The notes beneath the pieces are model-generated. The model was not told the DNA's origin, made no database searches, and worked only from the letters and a program-made list of their open reading frames with translations. From a virus (lineage: Duplodnaviria; Caudoviricetes), in IMG/VR virus record IMGVR_UViG_3300021411_000007, positions 1 to 60,021 of that record: 60,021 bases of DNA; one strand, given 5' to 3'. The translations under genes were made by a program, and so were the position numbers. Positions within the stretch are counted from its first letter, which is position 1, and every line of letters starts with the position of its first letter. This document shows positions 44,945-52,517 of this stretch, piece by piece.

Positions 44945-45272
44945 TGAGAATATTTACCCACAACAAACGCATGCAGATATCAACTACGGGCAACCACCAT
45001 TTAGCCCGTTCAAAGATATCTTAGACATGATACGGGCATCCCGCGATCAGGCTGCAAAGATAGTGGAAGAGGCAAAGCAGCAAGAGGAGTTACACAAGCA
45101 TAATATCCGTATTGAGAACGGAATTAACTACGCTATCCGCTGGTGTACGGTTCCAGGCTGTATGCAGTCGTGGCGTATGGATGTACAGGAGGACGCGCTT
45201 GATGCTGTATGGGAGCCGATCAGAGAGCCTGTAGACCTGTCGAGCCCTATACTACCAGACTATGACGATTAG
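44937..45272 (+). CDS. Hypothetical protein
   Basis: Overlaps upstream stop. Confidence 0.5.
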   Translation: MNDENIYPQQTHADINYGQPPFSPFKDILDMIRASRDQAAKIVEEAKQQEELHKHNIRIENGINYAIRWCTVPGCMQSWRMDVQEDALDAVWEPIREPVDLSSPILPDYDD

Positions 45273-45282
45273 GAGAAAGAGT

Positions 45283-46011
45283 ATGGCAACCGAGATAAAG
45301 GCGATTGAGACCGTCTATAAAGGATACAGATTTAGGAGTAGGATAGAAGCTCGATGGGCTGTTTTCTTCGACACGTTGGGTATAAAGTACGAATACGAGA
45401 AAGAGGGCTATGACCTAGACGGTCTATGGTACTTACCTGATTTCTGGCTGCCTGAACTCAAGTGCTGGATTGAGATCAAAGGGGAGGAACCTACTATAGA
45501 GGAGTGCATGAAGTGTAAAAAGCTTATGCTGCATGCAAATCCTTGGGATAAACACAATGATCCTCATATGTATAACATGTACAAAAATCTAAAAAATGTG
45601 TTTTGTTTTGCTGGTGATATCCCCTTCCCTGACAGCGACAATAGCACTTATTGCTATAGCGCTTATTGTTTTAGTAAAAGCTGGCCAGAACTTGAATATA
45701 GAGGCACCAAAACTCGGTATAACACTAAGCTGTTTGGGTGGTCAGAATGCCCATTCTGTCATGCTGTTAGCGTTTCGCTTCTGTGTTCCATGCAATATTT
45801 CCCCTGTAAGTGCGAAAAGATGTATATCCGCTCCGATTCAATAGGGGAAATTATAGAGGATAGATATCATTCAGAAGCCCACACAGAATTGCAAAGACAG
45901 TATATGCAACTCATGAGTGATAAGATCGGGAAATTTCTATCATGGCATGATACACCCCGTCTTATAGAAGCCTACACCGCAGCTCGTCAAGCACGCTTCG
46001 ATGGGAGATAG
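45283..46011 (+). CDS. PD-(D/E)XK-family nuclease
   Basis: 'ET.YKGYRFRSR.EARWAVFFD.LG..YEYE...YLPDFWLP....IEIKG'. Confidence 0.8.
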   Translation: MATEIKAIETVYKGYRFRSRIEARWAVFFDTLGIKYEYEKEGYDLDGLWYLPDFWLPELKCWIEIKGEEPTIEECMKCKKLMLHANPWDKHNDPHMYNMYKNLKNVFCFAGDIPFPDSDNSTYCYSAYCFSKSWPELEYRGTKTRYNTKLFGWSECPFCHAVSVSLLCSMQYFPCKCEKMYIRSDSIGEIIEDRYHSEAHTELQRQYMQLMSDKIGKFLSWHDTPRLIEAYTAARQARFDGR

Positions 46012-46014
46012 TAA

Positions 46015-46302
46015 GTGAAGAGATTTGGCTTGCCCACGTTTCCAATCGCCGATTCGATGCTTGTAGGTAAGCGTCCTATGGACGAGTTGCAATTCTTGAT
46101 CGATAACGGCTTCTTTACCTCCTGGTCTAACCATCACCTCATTGTAAAGCTTCCTAATGGTATTTACAGGCTGTACCGCAACACGCAGCCAGTAGGCCAA
46201 ATTGAAGCTGAAGCAGCAACACTTGACGAGCTGATACGGGACAACAGCATACCAATTGCGCTGTACCAATGGCATGATGACAGAGGTGAGGATTTGGCAT
46301 GA
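46015..46302 (+). CDS. Hypothetical protein
   Basis: Operon-packed. Confidence 0.5.
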   Translation: MKRFGLPTFPIADSMLVGKRPMDELQFLIDNGFFTSWSNHHLIVKLPNGIYRLYRNTQPVGQIEAEAATLDELIRDNSIPIALYQWHDDRGEDLA

Positions 46303-46910
46303 GTACGCTATTTGATATGGGAGATATCCCAGAACAAGAGGGGAAAAGCAACGAATGGTACACACCATACATGTACATAGAAGCTGCAAGAGAAGTTATG
46401 AACGGTATAGACTTAGATCCTGCCTCTTGCGAGATAGCAAATAGGACTGTGAAAGCAGCTAGATACTATACCAAAGAGGACAGCGGTCTAGATCATGAGT
46501 GGAAGGCTAATAGTGTGTGGCTCAATCCCCCATACGGGCGCGTTCACCCTAAATTAAAAGGGTCTACAAACAGCTATCAAGTCCATTTCATGCAAGCCTT
46601 GCTATCCAATTACAGAGCAGGGAAAATAGAACAGGCAATAGCACTAGTGTTTGGTACATCGCTTTGCATGCCTTGGTTTCATCCTTTTCTAGATTTCCCT
46701 ATGTGTATAGCAAGGCTTGGGATCAGATTTAATACACCCTCTAATAGAGAAGCATACTTTGGCTATGGTAACGTCTTCGTCTACCTCGGACCTCATGAGC
46801 AGAAGTTTACCCAAATCTTTAGCCAGTTTGGAAGGATAGCCAAGGCTATTGATATCCCCAAGCAGCCACTACCACAACCGACGCTCTGGGATAGAGAGGA
46901 TGCCATATGA
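46299..46910 (+). CDS. Phage Dam-family N6-adenine methyltransferase (intact)
   Basis: EWYTP, IDLDPASC, WLNPPYG motifs. Confidence 0.88.
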   Translation: MSTLFDMGDIPEQEGKSNEWYTPYMYIEAAREVMNGIDLDPASCEIANRTVKAARYYTKEDSGLDHEWKANSVWLNPPYGRVHPKLKGSTNSYQVHFMQALLSNYRAGKIEQAIALVFGTSLCMPWFHPFLDFPMCIARLGIRFNTPSNREAYFGYGNVFVYLGPHEQKFTQIFSQFGRIAKAIDIPKQPLPQPTLWDREDAI

Positions 46911-47092
46911 GGATAGAGACAAAATGTAGAGACTGCGAGGCACCTATCGCGCTCACTGGCATCATCATCACAGGCACGAATATCGACTTCAGTCAGGTCA
47001 AGGATATGGAGTGCAAGAAGTGTGGATGCAAAATAATATCAGTTCGTGTTTACAGCGGCGAAATGCAGAAGGATGATGAATGGTATGAGTGA
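46907..47092 (+). CDS. Zn-ribbon protein
   Basis: CRDC..CKKCG. Confidence 0.5.
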   Translation: MRIETKCRDCEAPIALTGIIITGTNIDFSQVKDMECKKCGCKIISVRVYSGEMQKDDEWYE

Positions 47093-47210
47093 GTCAGTAA
47101 AAGACGCTTTTGTCATCCTCTTCATCATTATCCTCATCGTCGTGTTTATCTACCTTATCATGGCATCAGGTGCTATAAAGCCATATAACGATGAAAGTGA
47201 GAATGAGTGA
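47085..47210 (+). CDS. 41-aa single-TM peptide
   Basis: MSESVKDAFVILFIIILIVVFIYLIMA. Confidence 0.45.
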   Translation: MSESVKDAFVILFIIILIVVFIYLIMASGAIKPYNDESENE

Positions 47211-47435
47211 ATGACACAATTTTATGAAAAGAGAAGGGGAGTATTGCGAGATGAGCAAACAGGACTTCCCTTCCATAATCACAGCCTGACTGATTTTGTC
47301 CTTGTCCCGTGCGACTGTGGTGACAGTCAGTTTGATATGCCAGAAACATCGTTGATAGTATCCGAAAAGGTGCTATTAGATATTTTCGGATATGATGCTG
47401 ATGGAAGAGACATTTACGGGAAAGAGAATGAATGA
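47211..47435 (+). CDS. Hypothetical protein
   Basis: Operon-packed. Confidence 0.5.
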   Translation: MTQFYEKRRGVLRDEQTGLPFHNHSLTDFVLVPCDCGDSQFDMPETSLIVSEKVLLDIFGYDADGRDIYGKENE

Positions 47436-47653
47436 ATATTGATATCACACAAAGTAGAAAAGATGCTATTGAGCACAATATACGGTTCCAACCTGTGATA
47501 GTTGTCCTTCGTGATCAAAAGCCAAATAGGTTAGAATGTCATTGTGGTGCTATAGCTACGTTTGTCATCGTTGAACTAGAAGAAGGTGGGCTGATAGCGA
47601 CTGTATGTGTTGAGTGTCACGACTGCTATGGAAAGGAAGAAGAGGAAGAATGA
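47432..47653 (+). CDS. Zn-finger protein (paralogue of 44744..44944)
   Basis: 'RLECHCGA.A...CHDCY'. Confidence 0.55.
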   Translation: MNIDITQSRKDAIEHNIRFQPVIVVLRDQKPNRLECHCGAIATFVIVELEEGGLIATVCVECHDCYGKEEEEE

Positions 47654-47946
47654 ACTTTAGAGAAGCGTTATTGTTTAGCAGCAAAGGTGTTGTCTATACT
47701 GGCAACTCAGTAGACAAGACTGGGTATATTCGCATTGTAGGAGAGGAAGAGGAATATACGCTATTATTTAATCCATTTGATCTTCCAGGGCCATTCTTGA
47801 GGGTAGTATATCGCATGGATGTCTATGGAAGTAAAAAAGGTGATCCACATAGAACACTCTCATTCTATGATATTGATGAGTGTGAGACTTTTCTCAAGAA
47901 GTGGCGCATTGATGTAGATGATAATTGGAGATGTGAGGATGAATGA
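47650..47946 (+). CDS. Hypothetical protein
   Basis: ATGA overlap, start MNFREAL. Confidence 0.5.
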   Translation: MNFREALLFSSKGVVYTGNSVDKTGYIRIVGEEEEYTLLFNPFDLPGPFLRVVYRMDVYGSKKGDPHRTLSFYDIDECETFLKKWRIDVDDNWRCEDE

Positions 47947-48201
47947 ATGATTGAGAGATTGAAGCGCATTGTGAAAAGACACCTCATTCTCACCTATCTG
48001 CTAGCATATCTCATCATCATATGTGAGTTCGGGTGTGTAGGCTATCTGGTGTACGTAGATAGCGATAAGACGTTATGGCTTATTATTCCGACTATTCTGA
48101 CTGAATGGATTATCCAAGCAGCAGAGATAATAAGAATGGATGAAGAGACAAGAAGAGAAGCATACCTTGCTGCCATCAGAAGGATCAATAGGCTCAATTA
48201 G
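47947..48201 (+). CDS. Two-TM membrane protein
   Basis: Hydrophobic segments. Confidence 0.5.
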   Translation: MIERLKRIVKRHLILTYLLAYLIIICEFGCVGYLVYVDSDKTLWLIIPTILTEWIIQAAEIIRMDEETRREAYLAAIRRINRLN

Positions 48202-48392
48202 AGAAGCATCTCAAGCATATTTGTATGGATGAGATAGGAGACAGAATTGGGGGATGGAATGGATGAGGTGAGATGGAATGGATTATCTCAACAAAATAGG
48301 GTATGCAAATGACTATTTACAAACTATATAAAAGTAAGTGCGCAATCGGAATGTACTGATATGGTACATTGGAGAGAAGGAGGAACGAGTTA

Positions 48393-48590
48393 ATGTCAAA
48401 TTCACACTACTATGGTTTTCAGTCAGAGACCACCACAGGAGCACAAGTCAATCCTACATTTTTGACTAAGACATTGGGACTCAAGAGGCAACGACGCAGG
48501 CGAGTCTTGGCAGAAGAGGTATATTGTCGCGTGGGTAAGAATAGGGAAGGGGAAACTGTCACCTATATTTATGGGATGCGATGGGAGTAG
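48393..48590 (+). CDS. Small protein with tail-tube-like N-terminus
   Basis: 'YYGFQSETTTGAQVNPT' versus tail tube 'YLGFSEETTPGTPVAPS'; AAGGAGG RBS. Confidence 0.5.
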   Translation: MSNSHYYGFQSETTTGAQVNPTFLTKTLGLKRQRRRRVLAEEVYCRVGKNREGETVTYIYGMRWE

Positions 48591-48593
48591 ATT

Positions 48594-48908
48594 ATGAGTG
48601 AATATTGGGGTCTTTACTGCAAAACATGCGACAAGAGTACTGATCATGAATTCAACCACGGGGAAGAGATACTGAGAAGTCTTGTCAAGGCAACACCACA
48701 TCTTAAAGCGGCTTTTGACATAGATACGAGCGGCTACTTTGAATTTCATCTTATGGGGCACAATTGGTCTGATGTTACCGGTTTTGCCTTAGAAGAACAT
48801 GCAGGTCATGAATTAGAATTGGAAAGCGAGTATGGCAACAGAGAGACCATAGAAGGACCTCAACCAGAAGGTCAAGAGCTGCCTTTGCCTAGAGATCTTG
48901 ATGTATGA
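48594..48908 (+). CDS. Hypothetical protein
   Basis: 'L.CKTC...NHG...EH.GH.LEL.SEYG'. Confidence 0.55.
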   Translation: MSEYWGLYCKTCDKSTDHEFNHGEEILRSLVKATPHLKAAFDIDTSGYFEFHLMGHNWSDVTGFALEEHAGHELELESEYGNRETIEGPQPEGQELPLPRDLDV

Positions 48909-49005
48909 TGCCCCTCTCAAATGTGCCTCTAAATCGCGTCAGGATGCGCTACATTTGATGAGATTGTGAGCCCGCTCTACAGGCGGATCGAGAAAGAAGG
49001 AAAGT

Positions 49006-49152
49006 ATGGATAAAACATATAAAGAGGCTTCCTCCCAAAAGGTGGAAGAGGAAGTTGAAAGGATCAAGAAGTTATGGGCAGATCTGCAAGCGTGGGCAGA
49101 GGAGAATGATGTAGATTTGGAGAAGTGCATCCCCATGACCTGCATCGAATAG
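49006..49152 (+). CDS. Small hypothetical protein
   Basis: AAGAAGGAAAGT leader, same as next gene. Confidence 0.45.
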   Translation: MDKTYKEASSQKVEEEVERIKKLWADLQAWAEENDVDLEKCIPMTCIE

Positions 49153-49175
49153 TTACACAAGAAAAGAAGGAAAGT

Positions 49176-49469
49176 ATGAAACCATTTCGCATAGTACGAC
49201 TCACTGTTATCCTTGGCTCATACAACTTTGGGAACAATGCCTATGGTGAGACCATGAGCAGGGAAGAAGCTGAAAGAACTGCTGAAGATATGCAAGGGAA
49301 GGTGGTCTCAGGAGAGTTTCTAGGGCTTCCCAAAGAACTACAATATCCCCTAGGTGGAAGGTATACGCTTGTCAGGATTTATTTGTACAACGTTCCAAAT
49401 AACAATAAAGGCGCTGGTTTGCTTCTTGCAGAGTGCGAAGGGGACAAAGGAATTGATTTACTTATGTGA
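49176..49469 (+). CDS. Hypothetical protein
   Basis: Likely start MKPFRIV. Confidence 0.5.
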   Translation: MKPFRIVRLTVILGSYNFGNNAYGETMSREEAERTAEDMQGKVVSGEFLGLPKELQYPLGGRYTLVRIYLYNVPNNNKGAGLLLAECEGDKGIDLLM

Positions 49470-49650
49470 AAAATGTGGCATTTGGAGACCGCATTCTTTA
49501 GCTGGTGTCAGCATGAGGCAAGCATTTGCTATTGCACTTGATAAAGAGCCTTTGATTATTCGATGTCCTAGTGGGCACGGGCCAATGCGAGAGGTAACGG
49601 AAAATGATCGGCTTCAGCTTTTTCCTATTCCTCCAGTGAAAGTTGAGTAA
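49453..49650 (+). CDS. Zn-finger protein
   Basis: CEKCG..CPSGH; TTG start after AAAGGA. Confidence 0.45.
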   Translation: MIYLCEKCGIWRPHSLAGVSMRQAFAIALDKEPLIIRCPSGHGPMREVTENDRLQLFPIPPVKVE

Positions 49651-49657
49651 GTTACAC

Positions 49658-49694
49658 AAAAAAACCTCTCTTTAGTTTTGCTCCAAAGAGAGGC
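49658..49694 (-). terminator. Intrinsic terminator of the ncRNA
   Basis: CCTCTCTTTGG-N7-CTAAAGAGAGG plus T7 on the minus strand. Confidence 0.8.
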
Positions 49695-49982
49695 TGGTCA
49701 GTCGCTGGGTCACCACTGGTAGCTGTTTTAGAGCGACTACCAGTCCGCTTGTTGAGCACATGTATGGGATTTGAACCCATGACTCCCTTCACACCCATAA
49801 CGTGTATAGAAGTTCAGTCTTGCTATGGTCACCAATAGGCCGCTCTGGCAACGTGTACTCTTGCCCATGTCTCAACTTGGTATGCCCAATAACACCTACC
49901 GAATCAAACGGTCCTCTAGGCCTCAACCCAGCGTGCCCATTGCACTAACGGATTCGAACCGACCTCCATGTTAAGACTTGGC
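49658..49982 (-). ncRNA. Putative ~325-nt structured RNA made of tRNA-like modules
   Basis: No ORF >=60 aa; own promoter and terminator; three T-loop hairpins and three D-loop-like hairpins; no canonical cloverleaf or CCA. Confidence 0.7.
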
Positions 49983-49988
49983 TGACTC

Positions 49989-50017
49989 AGTATAAGACGT
50001 TGGCATAGCATAGTCAA
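49989..50017 (-). promoter_or_regulatory. Sigma70 promoter of the ncRNA
   Basis: TTGACT-N17-TATACT. Confidence 0.75.
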
Positions 50018-50067
50018 TCTTCCCTCAATTGATGAGCCTGTACTGATGAGATAGTCAATAGGGTGTA

Positions 50068-50096
50068 TGGACAAGTCTATAAGAATATGCTACTCT
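50068..50096 (+). promoter_or_regulatory. Putative promoter for the packaging operon
   Basis: TGGACA-N17-TACTCT with TGn extension. Confidence 0.4.
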
Positions 50097-50372
50097 TTTA
50101 TTGATGAGAGAGCAGGGGAATTTCTCCTATTCCTTTGGGAAGTGAACGCCTCGTACTCAGTTAGACCGTCTCTTGCTTTTATGTCAAACTGTTCTCTCTT
50201 CTTATTCGGTATTTACGCATGTCGAATGTGTGAATATAAAAGGTGAGGAAGTACCTCATCTGTACCTTGTTCTATATCCTAACCAAGCTTTCTGTCAGAG
50301 TCTAATGCAAGGAATGAGGGAGCCGTGTATTCGGGGAAACGTACACGGCTTTACTCACATAAGTGAGCCAAC

Positions 50373-50999
50373 ATGAATGACGAACGCAAACCATGGGATC
50401 AACTAGAGGACGAAGGCGAGTCGGCGCTCTGGTATGGCCGATTTAGGTCTTATTTGCTCATGGGCTTCAAGCGTTCTGTCAATGCGGTATTTCAACAGGA
50501 ATTGGAGGAGAATGGAGAGAATTGGAGGGATGAAGCATATGGCAGTTGGTACGATTATGCGAAGAAGTATAGATGGGATGATCGTGTAGCGGCATATGAT
50601 GCACATTGGATAGAGGAACAAGATAAGCTCATTGCACAAGAGCGTGAAGTTGTGCTACGTACTGGATTTGCTGTACAACATAGACGTATTGAGCTATTAG
50701 ATAGGTTAGTCAATAAACTGATTGATATGACAGAAGACGAAGAAAAGATATGGATGCCTGAAATTAGAACAACAATTATGGGCGAGAATAAGTCAACAAG
50801 TATTGAAAAAAAGGTTTTTAATGCTCCACTATTTACAACCATTAAGAGTTACCAAGCTGATATAGCGGCTGAAATGGGTGAAAGAGTCAAGAGGAAGGAC
50901 ATCACCGTTACAGAGTTGCCACCCAACGTGTATTTATTCGATCCTGATGATGATGGCAGCAGTGTTGCACAAGCAAAAGAAGATGAGGATGAGGAATGA
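50373..50999 (+). CDS. Terminase small subunit (putative)
   Basis: 'PW....GES...Y..F..Y..MG..RS...W...Y.W..R..AYD' family; upstream of terminase large subunit. Confidence 0.7.
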   Translation: MNDERKPWDQLEDEGESALWYGRFRSYLLMGFKRSVNAVFQQELEENGENWRDEAYGSWYDYAKKYRWDDRVAAYDAHWIEEQDKLIAQEREVVLRTGFAVQHRRIELLDRLVNKLIDMTEDEEKIWMPEIRTTIMGENKSTSIEKKVFNAPLFTTIKSYQADIAAEMGERVKRKDITVTELPPNVYLFDPDDDGSSVAQAKEDEDEE

Positions 51000-51110
51000 T
51001 CATAGATATTTGGGTAATTGCCATAATTTTAATAGCGAATGTCTTTACATCAATTAACGGGACGGTCATGTTCTTTTATTTGAGAAAAATGAGCAAAAGA
51101 CCTGATAGAG

Positions 51111-52514
51111 GTGCTGATGGTAGCGAGTAAGCCGTACCTCACCACAAACTATAACAAGCTCAAAGTCTCCAAGGACAATCGCCCATACCGTGCATTTGGT
51201 GGCGCGTTGGAAGCATGGCGGTCTGGTGATAGAGAGACGCTTTTCAGTGGCCCGGCTGGTACAGGAAAATCGCGTCTCATCCTTCAAAAAATCCACTTCT
51301 GTGCTCAAAAGTACCCAGGCATGCGTGCCATTATGTGCAGGAAAACGCGTAAATCGCTGGCTCAATCGGCTATGGTGACATACGAGAAAAAGGTGTTACC
51401 TGCTGGCTGGCTAGAGAATAGATACGTTCACTTCAACACGACCGATCAACAGTATGAGTACTGCAATGGCTCAATTATAGCCGTAGGTGGCCTAGACGAC
51501 CCTTCCAAGGTGATGAGTAGTGAATGGGACATGATCTATCCTCAAGAGGCTACAGAGCTACTAGAAGATGACTGGCAAGCATTAGTTACGAGGTTGCGTA
51601 ACAACGTTATGCCCTATCAGCAGATCCTAGGTGACTGTAACCCAAGTTACCCTACTCACTGGCTCAAGCAACGCTGTGAACGCGGCACAACCCGTATGAT
51701 CCTCTCCAAGCATGCAGACAACCCAAGCCTTACACAAGCCTATCTCAAGTCCCTCAAGAACTCACTCCATGGTGTGATGAAGTTGCGATTATTTGATGGC
51801 ATATGGGCAGCGGCCGAAGGACTGGTGTACGACAATTGGGACCCTGCTACCCACATTGTCACAAAGAAACAGCTCACTGACTGGAACATCTTCCACCCAG
51901 ACGGTACACTCAATCGGCTCAAGATCAAAAGTGTGGTAGCAGGAGTCGATTGGGGCTTTACCAATCCAGGATCAATTGGTATTTATGTGATTGATAATGA
52001 CAATAGAATGTACATGATGCGAGAAGTGTACAGAACAAGAAGACTTATTGGTTGGTGGGTAGAGCAAGCACAAGCGTTACACAAAGAATTTGGAGGAATT
52101 GATGAGTGGATTTGTGACCCGAGTGAACCAGCTTACATCAGCGACTTCTGTAACGCTGGCCTCAATGCATTTGGAGCGGTCAATGATATTAGGCCAGGGG
52201 TTGACGCGGCATTGGAGCGGCTTGACGTACGTGCCGATGGCAGAGCAGGCTTCTACATGTACGAATTTGCGCTCCAGGATAGAGACGAGCTACGAGACAA
52301 CAGCCACCAACCCGTCTCCTTTGAGAATGAAATAAATGCATATGTGTGGCCTCAACTAAAAGATGGTCAACCTGTAAAAGAAGTACCTGTAAAGCTTAAC
52401 GACCATTCAATGGATCAATGGAGGTATATATGCAAACACTTACATGTAGACTCTGGTATCACAGAACTTGATAGTAACCTTGTAGAGTCGTTGTATAACT
52501 ACGTGGGGTACTAA
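51111..52514 (+). CDS. terL: Terminase large subunit (PBSX-like)
   Basis: Walker A 'GPAGTGKS', 'QEATE', 'GDCNP...HWL', nuclease 'GVDWGF', 'NDHSMD..RY'. Confidence 0.93.
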   Translation: MLMVASKPYLTTNYNKLKVSKDNRPYRAFGGALEAWRSGDRETLFSGPAGTGKSRLILQKIHFCAQKYPGMRAIMCRKTRKSLAQSAMVTYEKKVLPAGWLENRYVHFNTTDQQYEYCNGSIIAVGGLDDPSKVMSSEWDMIYPQEATELLEDDWQALVTRLRNNVMPYQQILGDCNPSYPTHWLKQRCERGTTRMILSKHADNPSLTQAYLKSLKNSLHGVMKLRLFDGIWAAAEGLVYDNWDPATHIVTKKQLTDWNIFHPDGTLNRLKIKSVVAGVDWGFTNPGSIGIYVIDNDNRMYMMREVYRTRRLIGWWVEQAQALHKEFGGIDEWICDPSEPAYISDFCNAGLNAFGAVNDIRPGVDAALERLDVRADGRAGFYMYEFALQDRDELRDNSHQPVSFENEINAYVWPQLKDGQPVKEVPVKLNDHSMDQWRYICKHLHVDSGITELDSNLVESLYNYVGY

Positions 52515-52517
52515 GAG

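Noticed and set aside
49724-49733. GTTTTAGAGC matches the start of type II-A CRISPR repeats
   Set aside because: Only 10 nt, single copy, inside another hairpin and antisense to the predicted RNA; probably chance.
49754-49961. Canonical tRNA genes
   Set aside because: No 7-nt anticodon loop on a proper 5-bp stem together with a regular acceptor stem; reported as tRNA-like ncRNA instead.
50043-50050. CTGATGAG hammerhead ribozyme core
   Set aside because: No matching GAAA core or flanking stems found.
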